40,573 nucleotides of DNA from Octopus bimaculoides (Eukaryota): contig NC_068983.1 in NCBI RefSeq assembly GCF_001194135.2, positions 134,901,869 to 134,942,441 of the forward strand, written 5' to 3'. Made by a program: the position numbers and the translations under genes. A model generated the notes under the pieces. It was not told the origin of the DNA and did no database searches. It saw nothing but the letters and a program-made list of their open reading frames with translations. Shown here one piece after another: positions 11,995 through 23,572 of the stretch (position 1 is its first letter; each line of letters begins with the position of its first letter).

Positions 11995-12887
11995 NNNNNN
12001 NNNNNNNNNNNNNNNNNNNNNNNNNNNNNNNNNNNNNNNNNNNNNNNNNNNNNNNNNNNNNNNNNNNNNNNNNNNNNNNNNNNNNNNNNNNNNNNNNNNN
12101 NNNNNNNNNNNNNNNNNNNNNNNNNNNNNNNNNNNNNNNNNNNNNNNNNNNNNNNNNNNNNNNNNNNNNNNNNNNNNNNNNNNNNNNNNNNNNNNNNNNN
12201 NNNNNNNNNNNNNNNNNNNNNNNNNNNNNNNNNNNNNNNNNNNNNNNNNNNNNNNNNNNNNNNNNNNNNNNNNNNNNNNNNNNNNNNNNNNNNNNNNNNN
12301 NNNNNNNNNNNNNNNNNNNNNNNNNNNNNNNNNNNNNNNNNNNNNNNNNNNNNNNNNNNNNNNNNNNNNNNNNNNNNNNNNNNNNNNNNNNNNNNNNNNN
12401 NNNNNNNNNNNNNNNNNNNNNNNNNNNNNNNNNNNNNNNNNNNNNNNNNNNNNNNNNNNNNNNNNNNNNNNNNNNNNNNNNNNNNNNNNNNNNNNNNNNN
12501 NNNNNNNNNNNNNNNNNNNNNNNNNNNNNNNNNNNNNNNNNNNNNNNNNNNNNNNNNNNNNNNNNNNNNNNNNNNNNNNNNNNNNNNGTATATAAATACC
12601 TAATGAAATTGATAGAAATGGAACTAGTATATATATACATAGTGAAAGTAATTGAAATTGAAACCATATAATGCTGAAACTATTATATCACATTACGATA
12701 GAGATGTTATTGTTTCACTTTTGACACGTAATACCAAAACAGTGTAAGAGATAAGAGATTTCTCTGGGCTCACATTAGGCAAGAAGTGGAAAATTTTGGG
12801 GGCCCATGACACTCCATGGACGCTAAGTAAAGCATGTGTAAAATGTGAATGAAATTGGTTGGGTAGTTCTCGAGTTTTAGTGATGCA

Positions 12888-13054
12888 CACACACAGACAG
12901 ACAGACACACACACACACGCACACACACACATTCTCAGTTTTACATATATATATACATACACACATATATATGCATACACACATATATATACATACACAC
13001 ATATATATATATATACATACACACATATATATACATACACATGTGGAACCTCAT

Positions 13055-13085
<31 letters not shown>

Positions 13086-13095
13086 CTGTCTGTCT
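12888..13095. repeat. Compound (CA)/(TA)/(GT) microsatellite
   Basis: Directly visible. Confidence 0.9.
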
Positions 13096-13310
13096 GTCTG
13101 TCTTTGTGTTTGTCTTGTTCCCCACACTTTGACAACTGGCATTGGCTTGCTAATGTACCCATAAATTTTGAGATTCAGCAAAAGGAACCGCTAGAATAAA
13201 TACCAAACTTTTAAAACAAGTACTAAGGTCGATTTCTTGAATATAAACCCTTCAAGATAGTGCTCCAGCATGACCATATGCCATGAATGAAACAAGCAAA
13301 AGATGAAAGA
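13095..13310 (+). mobile_element. SINE family B, 3' half
   Basis: cagcaaaaggaaccgctagaataaatacc..aaggtcgatttc..gtgctccagcatgacc..gaaacaagcaaaaga. Confidence 0.65.
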
Positions 13311-14085
13311 AAATACCATAGTAGATCTAATCATATTGAGAATTTCAGTCTCCTCATATGCACATGCTAGTTGCTTAATAGGTTTCTTAGCTCTAGGATT
13401 TTCCCTTCCTGTCAGACCAGATTAAAATCTCTAAACTAAGAGGAGTGAGATATGTTTTTAGCAATTGGCATTCAGTAATGCAGTGAAAGCTTTTGTTAAT
13501 GATCTCAGCTAGGTTTCTCAAAGATGCTATGAATCTGAATTGGTTATCTTAACAACTTTTGTTATGTTTTCCTGTCTGCCTTCTTTATGATTCACAGGCT
13601 TAAGTTGGCAAAGTGAAAGTATGTCATTGAAATAATACATAAAATGTATTGATTATTAATACAAATATACAGTTAAATATGTTCAGATGAAATAAAAATG
13701 CCAAAATTTGATCAGTAAATACCTCATTTGTCAATTGATTGTCACTCTTTTCTGCAAATCTTTCTTTGTTTATGCTGTTTAGATTCAACTTACCTCTCCT
13801 TTGGTGTCCACAACATCTCATCCTTCAACTGTGTGTATGTGTGTGTATGTTTGTGTGTGTGTGTGTGTGTGTGTGTGCATGTGTGTATGTGTGCGTGTGC
13901 GGGTGTATGTGTGTATGTTTCTGAATGTATGAGTGTGTGTATATATACCACCTCTCACACAGTCAGCTTAATTGTCTCTTCTATTACTATCCTTGCATGA
14001 TGAAAATGATTACAGCCAAAAACAAAAATTAACATTTGACTTGCATATATATATATTATCAGTGTAACTTATATCCGAAGTATAT

Positions 14086-14175
14086 CATCATCATCATTAT
14101 CATCATTTAATGTCTGCCTTCCATGCTGGCATGGGTGAGACAATTTGACAAGAGCTGGCCAGGCAGAAACCCCGC
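14086..14175 (-). mobile_element. Short RTE-type 3' tail
   Basis: (atc)n tttaatgtctgccttccatgctggcatgggt. Confidence 0.65.
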
Positions 14176-14183
14176 AACAGTTG

Positions 14184-14243
<60 letters not shown>

Positions 14244-14271
14244 TGTGTGCGTGTGTGTGTGTGTGTGTGTG

Positions 14272-14495
14272 TTATCATCATCATTTTAACGTCTGTTTGC
14301 ATGGGTGAAATGGAATTCATTGAAGCAGATTTTCTGTGACTGGATACCTTTCTTGTTGCCAACCCATATCTGTTTCCAAGCAAGGTAATATTTCCTCATG
14401 ACTAGAAATGTTTCCATAGAAGACTGGAAATGATTGATGTTGCTTGTATGATGGCAGCCCTCATTTACAAATTTCATGCAATGTCAAGACAAGAA
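14272..14495 (-). mobile_element. SINE 3' module with RTE-like (ATG)n tail (module E)
   Basis: Minus strand ggaaatattaccttgcttggaaacag..ggttggcaacaagaaaggtatccag..cccatgcaaacagacgttaaaatgatgat; homologous to 30285-30432 (+) and 38240-38331 (-). Confidence 0.6.
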
Positions 14496-15149
14496 CTATC
14501 AAACTCCTTGTACAATAAATGAAAATTCATGCTAGATAAACATCAGTTTCTGTTTTTACTTCTCTCTTTAATTTTGCCACATTCATTCATTCATCCTGTG
14601 CTACCTTATTTATATTTTGATATCTTCAATTTGCCATTTGTGCCATGCAACTTTTTTCTTCTTTCTTTTTTTTCTTACTCTAGTCCGTGTTTAGCAATCG
14701 TTTTCTTGAGCAATTGTTTTCTCCAGTCATGATGCACCCAACCAAGCCTACTCCTATCACTTTTACTGGAAATCGTTCTTTACTGTTAGCCTTTCTAAAA
14801 GCCTCTATTTCCCATCTCTATGACTGTATTCTCTCCTAAATCAACCAGGAAATTCAGTGACTACAACTCAGTTTAAATTAATGTCATTGCTTGATTGTTC
14901 TCTTAAACATGAGCAGCACATGTGACTTTTCAGTTCTGCTAACGACTTGCACTCTTTTATACAGATGTAAGAACTATGGGTGCCTCTTGCAATCAGCATT
15001 GCAATAAGGAACCTTCATATGATGTTCCTGTCTGCCTCCTGATGCATATCCCTCCTCCACATTCCCTGCAAGTAGAGATGTTGCAAGTACATACTTAACA
15101 ACTTTCCTCTCACACTTGGCATATATTAAATTAGGCTATGTGCCAACAT

Positions 15150-16776
15150 ATCATCATCATCATCATTTAACGTCTGCTTTCCATGCTAGCATGGGTTGGA
15201 CAATTTGACTGAGGACTGGTGAACCAGATGGCTGCACCAGGCACCAATCTGATCTGGCAGAGTTTCTACAGCTGGATGCCCTTCCTAATGCCAACCACTC
15301 CAAGAGTGTAGTGGGTGCTTTTACATGCCACCAGCACGAGGGCCAGTCACGCGGTACTGACCATGCTCAAAATGGTGTTTTTTATGTGCCACCTGCACAG
15401 GAGCCAGTCTAGTGGCACTGGCAACGACCTCCCTCAAATGTTTTTCTAATGTGCCACCAGCACAAGTGCCAGTAAGGCAACGCTAGTAACGATCACACTC
15501 AAATGGTGCTATTTACGGGCCACTAGCATGGAAGCCAGACAGCTGCTCTGGCAATGATCACGCTCGGACAGTGCTGTTAGTACTCCGTTGGCACAGGTGC
15601 CAGTCATCGAATATGGTTCAATTACGATTTCGATTTCACTTGCCCCAACGGATCTTCACAAGCAGAGTTTAGTGTCCAATGAAGGAGAGGTTGGCATGGG
15701 TGTCAGTCGTCGAATTTGGTTCGATTTTGATTTCAAATTCACTTGCCTCAACAGGTCTTCGCAAGCAGAGTTTAGTGTCCAATGAAATAAAGATACGAAT
15801 AAGTGAGCTGGCTACACTTCTGGCAGAGGCCACAGATTATGCTCTCACTTGACTTGCCGGGTTTTCTCACGTACTGCATATTTCCAAAGGTCCCGTTCAC
15901 TAGTCATTGCCTCCTCATCCCAGATCTACCTCTTCCACAGATTCCCTCAACCGCTAGGGTGTGGCACTTTTTCACACAGCTATCCTCATCCATTCTTGCC
16001 ACATGTCCATACCAGCACAATCATCTCTCTTGCACACCACAACTGATGCTTCTTAGGTCTAACTTTTCTCTCAAGGTACTTACACTCTGTCGGGTATGCA
16101 CACTAACATTACACATCCATCGGAGCATACTAGCTTCGTTTCTTGTGAGCTTACACATGTCCTCAGCAGTCACGGCTCATGTTTCACTGCCATGTAGCAT
16201 GGCGATTCATACACATGCTTCATACAGTCTACCTTTTACTCTGAGTGNNNNNNNNNNNNNNNNNNNNNNNNNNNNNNNNNNNNNNNNNNNNNNNNNNNNN
16301 NNNNNNNNNNNNNNNNNNNNNNNNNNNNNNNNNNNNNNNNNNNNNNNNNNNNNNNNNNNNNNNNNNNNNNNNNNNNNNNNNNNNNNNNNNNNNNNNNNNN
16401 NNNNNNNNNNNNNNATTTTCAGTGTTTATTGCTCCTGAGCATCTGCCACATACAAAAACTATCTTCCTAGTTAACCTTCCTTTGATATTGCTGCACCTCT
16501 TATGTGTCCATAGCTTACACTAGGTACATCTTAAGGAGTTTCTACCTATGCCTTTTCTACAGGTCGAGCAGGACATCTACCTGAAGGGGTTTGTGTTTTT
16601 TCTACCTTCCTACTTATTAGGACTTTGGTTTTAGCTAGGTTGACTCTAAGGCCCTTCGATTCTAGTCCTTGCTTCCACTCCTGAAGTTTCTCCTCTAGTT
16701 CTGATAGTGACTCAGCAATTAGGGTAAGGTCATCAGCATAGAGGAGCTCCCAGGCGCATCCCATCTTGAATTCCTC
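15150..16776 (-). mobile_element. 5'-truncated RTE-clade LINE, same family as 7653-9035 (gap 16248-16414 inside)
   Basis: Minus strand EEFKMGCAWELLYADDLTLIAESLSELEEKLQEWKQGLESKGLRVNLAKTKVL includes the RT YADD motif. It is followed by the Cys finger, the C-terminus (..KYAVREKTRQVK*), an expanded 3' UTR and an (ATG)n tail at 15150-15166. Confidence 0.92.
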
Positions 16777-17640
16777 CACACCAGGATGAGAATGTTCAAT
16801 GTTGGCAATAAACATCGAAAAGAATGTGAGGTACCAGGTATAGCTGTGTCCTCCAAAGCTGAAGAAGAGGTCAGGCATAAGGCAATTTGTCTTTACAGCT
16901 TGTAGAAGGCCCACTGTCAGCCAAACATGATCGATGTATGACATCTAAAGCACAGCAGTTCGCCTGAGCAAATTTTCTCACAGAAATGGAGGTATTTCTC
17001 AATATATGAACAAATCTCCTGATCATTCAATGCTGCATTTTCAGTTTCCTTGCTAAGAGATGTTACAAGTCTCTCAATATGATCCCTAGAAGACTTTGTT
17101 AACTTTCCAAATGGTAATTCTTCATCCAGATTTTGTAGAAAACAAACCAGCACCAATCTCTCAAGGACTTCCATCAGAACTTTGTGGCAGTTAAGTGAGC
17201 ATGCATAGTTGTTGGTTGAAATGACATCCATCAGAGACCCAGATGTTGTAATACTAGGTTCAAGTAAGATTTCAGCGAATCCTGTTCCACCCATTTTCTT
17301 CCCCAACATCTTCAGATAGCCACAGGCTAGATGGATTGTTCCAATCATGATGATGCGGTCCTCATACCAGCATGTGTTGCTCCATACTAGTGGGAAACAC
17401 TTTCATACACACGCCCAGGTCAAATGTAGTGATGACAAAATGCTGTCCAACTTCTTATGAAGCTTCTTCTGAGTACTTTAGGCATTCTTGTATGACTCTG
17501 ATGTCTGTGATTGGGTGAGGTATGATTGGATAATAGTCAATGGTTGTCAATTGTACAGGAGTGTCTCCAGTCAGTGAAACATATCCTTCCCAGCCAAGAC
17601 CACAGTTCATGGGGTATCTTCCATTCCAGTTTTTTTTTTT
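16777..17640 (-). mobile_element. Degenerate DNA-transposon transposase relic, most like Academ (AcademX)
   Basis: Stitching frames gives GWEGYVSLTGDTPVQLTTIDYYPIIPHPITDIRVIQECLKYSEEAS*EVGQHFVITTFDLGVCMKVFP/LVWSN..RIIMIGTIHLACGYLKMLGKKMGGTGFAEILLE..SGSLMDVIS.NNYA..LNCHK../MSYIDHVWL..LLQAVKTN..LMPDLFFSFGGHSYTWYLTFF..IEHSHPG. The order GW-GF, IxYxPxI..P.T, FD, GxFH, GxxY, YID, NYARYL, HPG is what I recall for Academ transposases. The superfamily label needs a Repbase/Dfam search. Confidence 0.65.
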
Positions 17641-18259
17641 TTTTCTGGAGACATCAATTTTCTGACTTGTGAGACCCAGGGCTACATGAAAATACCCATT
17701 AAAGTAAATCACAAGAGGAGTTCACCATGACCCCCCACTAGCACATAGCCTAATTAGATAAGCTCAGAATAGTCAATGGCCATCCAACAGCAGTGAGTAA
17801 GAGATCCCTGGTCTTTGTTAAAACATTTCTATAAAAGGGAAATTCTGATGTAACACTTGAGGCTTTGTGTGCATCCAATGATATAGACTAATTCTTTATG
17901 GACAAATACATATGTTGTTAAGAGAATTGGGGTTATCCCTGTGCAAGGCATTTCCTTATGTTTAAAAAACTTTGGGTGCAGGCATATATGTGTGTGTGTG
18001 TGTGTGTGCATGTATACACAGCAAGATACACATGCACACACACACATTCACACACATACATTCACACACATACAAATGCATACACACACATATACATGTT
18101 TATTTTCTGTTAAAACAGGAAAACACTTCATTGCTATTGTCCTTGTTTTGTTATAAGTGTTGTTGATAATGATGTTGTTAGTGATGCTACAGCTGTTATT
18201 GATGCTGCTGTTCTTGGTGTTATTGCTATTGGTTTTGTTAGTATCATTGCTGTTGCCAT

Positions 18260-18915
18260 GGCAATGGATTTAGCAAATCACTAGAGCAATCGACAAAATG
18301 CCATGCAATATCAAGTTAAGGACTTTAAGGCATTGAGCCAGCTGAATCGTTAGAACACTGAACAAAATGATTAGCAGCATTTCATCAATCTTTACATTCT
18401 GAGTTCAAATTTCACCCAAGTTGACTTTACCTTTCATCCTTTCAGGGTCGATAGAATAAGCTCCAGTTGAGCAATGGGGTCAATGTAGTTGGCTTGCTCC
18501 AGCCCTTGAATTTGCTGGCCTTGTGCTAAAATTTGAAATCAATATTACTGGTTATTAAGGCAGCAAGCTAGCAGGATCATTAGCAAGCCAGACAAAATAC
18601 CTAACAGCATTTCATCTGTCTTTATGATCTGAGTTCAAATGCTCCCTAGGTGGACTTCACCTTTAATCTTTTCAGAATCAATAAAATAAGTACCACTTGA
18701 GCATTGGAGTCAATCTAATTGTTTTACTCCAGCCCCTGAAATTGCTGGACTTGTACCAAAATTTAAAACCAATATTAAGTTAAGGACTTTTATGATCTCA
18801 GTTCAAATCCTACCTTAGTGAACCTAGACTTTCCTCTTTCCAGGGATCAATAAAATAAAATACCAGTGATGACATAGTGGGGTCAATATAATTGAATGCT
18901 TCCTTTCTCTAAAAT
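18260..18915 (+). mobile_element. Cluster of three family A SINE copies (two nested in a third)
   Basis: Three B-box cores (ctgagttcaaat ~18398, ~18628; ctcagttcaaat ~18797), each followed by cctttcatcctttc-like / ataaaataagtacc-like / ggggtcaat segments. Copies at ~18327-18548 and ~18557-18778 sit inside a split copy at ~18260-18326 + 18791-18915. Confidence 0.8.
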
Positions 18916-19874
18916 CATGATTTTATTTGTTAGTGTTGCTATTGTGGTTGATGTTATTATTGTTATTGTTATGGCTTCTTGTATTATTTTACACATACAT
19001 GTACATATGTGCATGTGTGTGAATGTATGTGTGTATGTGTGAATGTATATATATATATATATATATGTATGTATAAACAGATATGCATTTATATATATAT
19101 ATATATATANNNNNNNNNNNNNNNNNNNNNNNNNNNNNNNNNNNNNNNNNNNNNNNNNNNNNNNNNNNNNNNNNNNNNNNNNNNNNNNNNNNNNNNNNNN
19201 NNNNNNNNNNNNNNNNNNNNNNNNNNNNNNNNNNNNNNNNNNNNNNNNNNNNNNNNNNNNNNNNNNNNNNNNNNNNNNNNNNNNNNNNNNNNNNNNNNNN
19301 NNNNNNNNNNNNNNNNNNNNNNNNNNNNNTATATATATATATATATATATACCTGTGTGTGTGTGTGTGTTAAAAAAAGAAAAACTTTGTTGTTCTTCTT
19401 GTTTCTGTTTTGTTGTGTTATTGATAATGATGATGATATTGATGATGATGCTGTAGTTAGTTGTTTTTTGTTTTTGTTGTTGTTTCTGTTTCTGTTGCTA
19501 TCATTGTCATCATTATAACACAACTGATTGACAATGCTAATATATATAGTTTCACTATTGATTATAATGTTTTCTAATAGTTAGAAGCCATTATTTTCCC
19601 TAATAGGACACTATTCAGGTTTCTGAACTATTTAGTCACCTACTAGTATCTAGAGATAATAAAACCTTGTTTTCATAGTCATAGATCGGCTTGATGTCAT
19701 TGTAACATTTAGCAGTTATCAATTTCCATTTTCCCTCCATGAAGATTTTCTATTCATTCATTTATCTTAGAAAATAAACAACAATAAATATAATTTAGGT
19801 TGCTGTTTTCTTTGTTTTCTCATGTTTGGCAAGCAGATGTAAGTAGGTAGGCTTCTTCATGTACATGAATACCA

Positions 19875-20108
19875 TACACACACACACACACACACACACA
19901 TGCACGCATACACATGCTCATGTACATGTGCACTCACACACACACACACCCACACACATTTTTATTGCATGTTGACGCACATGAACCACATTATTGTTTC
20001 AAATCAGATCTTGTTTGTACATATATAAACAGTCACATGCATAAGCACATGCACACACACGTGTGTGCATGTGTGTGTGTGTGTACATATGTGTGTGCAT
20101 GTGTGTGT

Positions 20109-20155
<47 letters not shown>
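19875..20155. repeat. Compound (CA)/(GT)/(TA) microsatellites
   Basis: Directly visible. Confidence 0.9.
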
Positions 20156-20156
<1 letters not shown>

Positions 20157-20242
20157 TTGTTTTTATGTTCAGTTATAATTAAAACAATTTTCTATTAATC
20201 CGATGGGTTACCTATACTTTTATAGGTTATAAATTTATCATT

Positions 20243-20628
20243 CTCTTTTACTCTTTTACTCTTTTACTCTTTTACTTGTTTCAGTCATTTGACTGCGGCC
20301 ATGCTGGAGCACCACCTTTAGTCGAGCAAATCGACCCCAGGACTTATTCTTTGTAAGCCTAGTACTTATTCTATCGGTCACTTTTGCTGAACTGCTAAGT
20401 TATGGGGATGTAAACACAGACACAGACATATACACACACATACATATATACATATACATATATACAACGGGCTTCTTTCAGTTTCCGTCTACCAAATCCA
20501 CTCACAAGGCTTTGGTCAGCCCGAAGCTATAGTAGAAGACAGTTGCCCATGGTGCCATGCAGTGGGAATGAACCCAGAACCATGTGGTTGGGAAGCAATC
20601 TACTTACCACACAGCCACTCCTGCGCCT
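20243..20628 (-). mobile_element. Full-length tRNA-headed SINE family B
   Basis: Minus strand: aggcgcaggagtggctgtgtggtaagtag (A-box-like), ggttcattccc (B-box-like), central domain gccttgtgagtggatttggtagacggaaactgaaagaagcccg, TA/CA microsatellite linker, 3' module, (AAGAGTA)n tail. Confidence 0.85.
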
Positions 20629-21927
20629 TATACGAGAATGTTGTTGACAGTGACTGCAAAGTTTTGGCCTGCTAAGCCATCATCAGACTGCAGTGCAGGT
20701 TGGTTGTTATGGAAAGGTGTTTTGAAAAAATTTTAATTGATTAAATTTCAAATGTTACTGTTTAGAATTTATCTATGCATGTGGAACTTTGTAAACAAGC
20801 CTGTAAGTTTTTCTCCTGTGCTAGATGGACACAAGGTGTGACAGTATTTTTGTTGCTTTTTGTATAATTGGATATAACCCTCTTTGACAATGTAAAGCTC
20901 AAAAGTACAAAGTCCAGTATCTAAGCTCTTAGTAATTGGGTATGTCAACATTTTTTGCAAAAGAATTTATGTAGATGGTAAGTTTAGGCTAGTCCTTTCT
21001 TTACTTACTGTTGTTGTTATTACTCAGGTATGTCATGGTTTTATTAGTATAGAAAGTTGTTTCTCTTGAGCTTTGCTTTTCACAAAAGTATTTGAGTAAA
21101 AGTTGTATGCTTATAAGTTTCCCTCTAGGTTTTCATTGTTCTAAAAGCAATTTGAGTAGTATATAGGGATTTTAAGCTTCTTACTTTGTGGAAATATAGT
21201 TTGCTTGGTATCTTTGTAAAATTTATTCAAATTTTTTTCTGGATATATGCTAAAGTGGGGCTGATATTGAAATGTGTATATATTCATGTATAAAAATGGG
21301 AACAAAAATGATAAAATTTGATTTAATTTAAAAAAAGATAATGAAAAGAGATCTTCCAGTTTGCTTGCATTTTATGTGTGTTGTATTCAGGTTTGTGTAA
21401 TTATATTAGAAAATCTTTTGTGGGGATTTTAGTTAGAGATAGGGAGATTTTTAGATAATTTGTAGAGTACTTGTTTAATGTAAAAGTGTAAAGCTGTAGG
21501 AGTGGGGGGTTTTTTTTTCATTTTATATTGTGGGGATGGTTTATGGTGTAGGCAAATGGAAGGGGGTTGGGGTTATATTAATATTAACAATATCAACAAG
21601 TTTAGCCATTAGAAAAGATTATTGGTTTGAAATGTTTTATTGTTTTTAAGATTTTATGCTTGCATAAAGAAACTGGTTCAGAGTTTCAATTCAGAATTTG
21701 GTCCATGAATGTGGTAGGACTCATTTATACAAAATTGGCAGGGTTTATTATTACCTTGGTATGGTTGTGTGTGTGTGAGAATTCTCCATTTGATGCTAAA
21801 CAGAGTGTTTTTCTTTTAATTTAATTGCCATATATGTTGGAATAATGACATACCATATTTCCTGTTTGTGTTGCAAAAAGTGTGCATGTGCTGATTGTAT
21901 CACTTCTTGAACTGGTTTGCTGTAGAT

Positions 21928-22272
21928 CAGGAGTTCTCAACCATTTTTATCTATGGACCTCTTTGATTACTATTTTATTCTGATGGATCCCCATTGTTAT
22001 TCAATGTTTAAAAACTAGTTTTATAGATACTTCTTCCAAAATTCCTATTTTGTTTTCAACACATTAACATGTGTAGGTTGAACTATGTAAAATGTTAGAG
22101 AAAGAAACCTGGTTGTTTCTTGCAATACATAACAATGCATTCTAAGCAAAATGTTTTCAGGGGCCCCTTAACATACTATTGTCGATCTCCAATTTACTAT
22201 TTTGTTGTGTGGATCCCCAAAAATTTTATATGGACTCTCAGGAGCCATATGAACCCCAGTTGGGAACCACTG
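21928..22272. mobile_element. hAT-Charlie-type MITE (345 bp)
   Basis: Imperfect TIRs: left CAGGAGTTCTCAACC, right (reverse complement) CAGTGGTTCCCAACT. Flanked by an 8-bp near-duplication with central TA: ctgtagat (21920-21927) and ccatagat (22273-22280). Confidence 0.85.
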
Positions 22273-22402
22273 CCATAGATCTTATGTATGTAGATATAGA
22301 GATTAGTGTCTTGTTTGTGGTTACTGTTGCACAATATACAATATTTCTTGAAAGACAGTTTCTTTCTAAAGAGCAGGATGGTGTTCTACAGTTGCAATTG
22401 TT

Positions 22403-22534
<132 letters not shown>

Positions 22535-23434
22535 GTTTAGGTTTTCAATTTTAGACAACTTTGGTGGTTGTAGTTGGCTACAGTTTTTACATGAAGTATG
22601 ACAATTTTATGTTGCATTTGTTTATTAGTTTTTAATAGTTGTGGTTGGAATGGAAGTGTGTCTTCATTATTTTGAAAAATAATTTAGTTATTTGTGTGGA
22701 GACTTGAATATTGAAGGGGAGGTTATACCAAATAATCTTCCTTTTTCTTTTCTTAGATATTTTATTTATTGTAGGAGGATTGCTGTTTATATACTGCACT
22801 TTTTCCTTGAAATTGCTATTATTGAGAGTTTCATTATTTGGAGTTACTATTTTGTTCATTAATTTTTATTTGAAGATAAAGAGGAAAGTCTGAGAGATAT
22901 GTTTCTTTACTAGGTTTTTGGTAATACTTTTGGAGTGATTGGATTGTTTATGTACATACTGAATTTCTTAGTTATTTTTCTTGTATGGTTTATAGATACT
23001 TGATTTCAGGTCAAGGGCAACATCTAGGAAGTTGGCTGACTTTGGTTGTGTTCCTACAATGATTGAGAAGCACAAGTTTTTGAAGAAGTGATGTAGATTC
23101 TTCCTAAATTTATCAGTTTTTGTGGTTGTATTTTCTTGCTAAGAGATCTTCATCCCTATATAGACTGCTTAAGATAAATAGAAATTTGTTGTGTAATTTT
23201 TCTAATATATAAAGACCCATGATGTCACATATCTCTACTAAGTCCTTTGATCTCATGCTTATATCAAATAGTTACAGTCCAATGATGGCTTAGCTGGCCA
23301 AAACTTCAAAGTCAATGTCAATAACATTCTTGTATAAAAATTATACACATATATACATATATATATAATGTGCATGTGTGCATGTAAATACATGCATATG
23401 TATGTTCAAATGTGTGTGTACATGTATGTGTGCA

Positions 23435-23472
<38 letters not shown>

Positions 23473-23572
23473 NNNNNNNNNNNNNNNNNNNNNNNNNNNN
23501 NNNNNNNNNNNNNNNNNNNNNNNNNNNNNNNNNNNNNNNNNNNNNNNNNNNNNNNNNNNNNNNNNNNNNNNN

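Noticed and set aside
14750-15125. Possible CR1/Jockey-type LINE 3' relic
   Set aside because: Only weak partial similarity to the HPxSL..NSFFPRT..WN motif; not supportable by eye.
20700-21400. Possible start of a second tandem Penelope ORF downstream of 21640 (minus strand, ..CPSSTGEKLTGLFTKFH)
   Set aside because: Only a vague resemblance to the PLE LYGLPKIHK motif; too degenerate to call without alignment.
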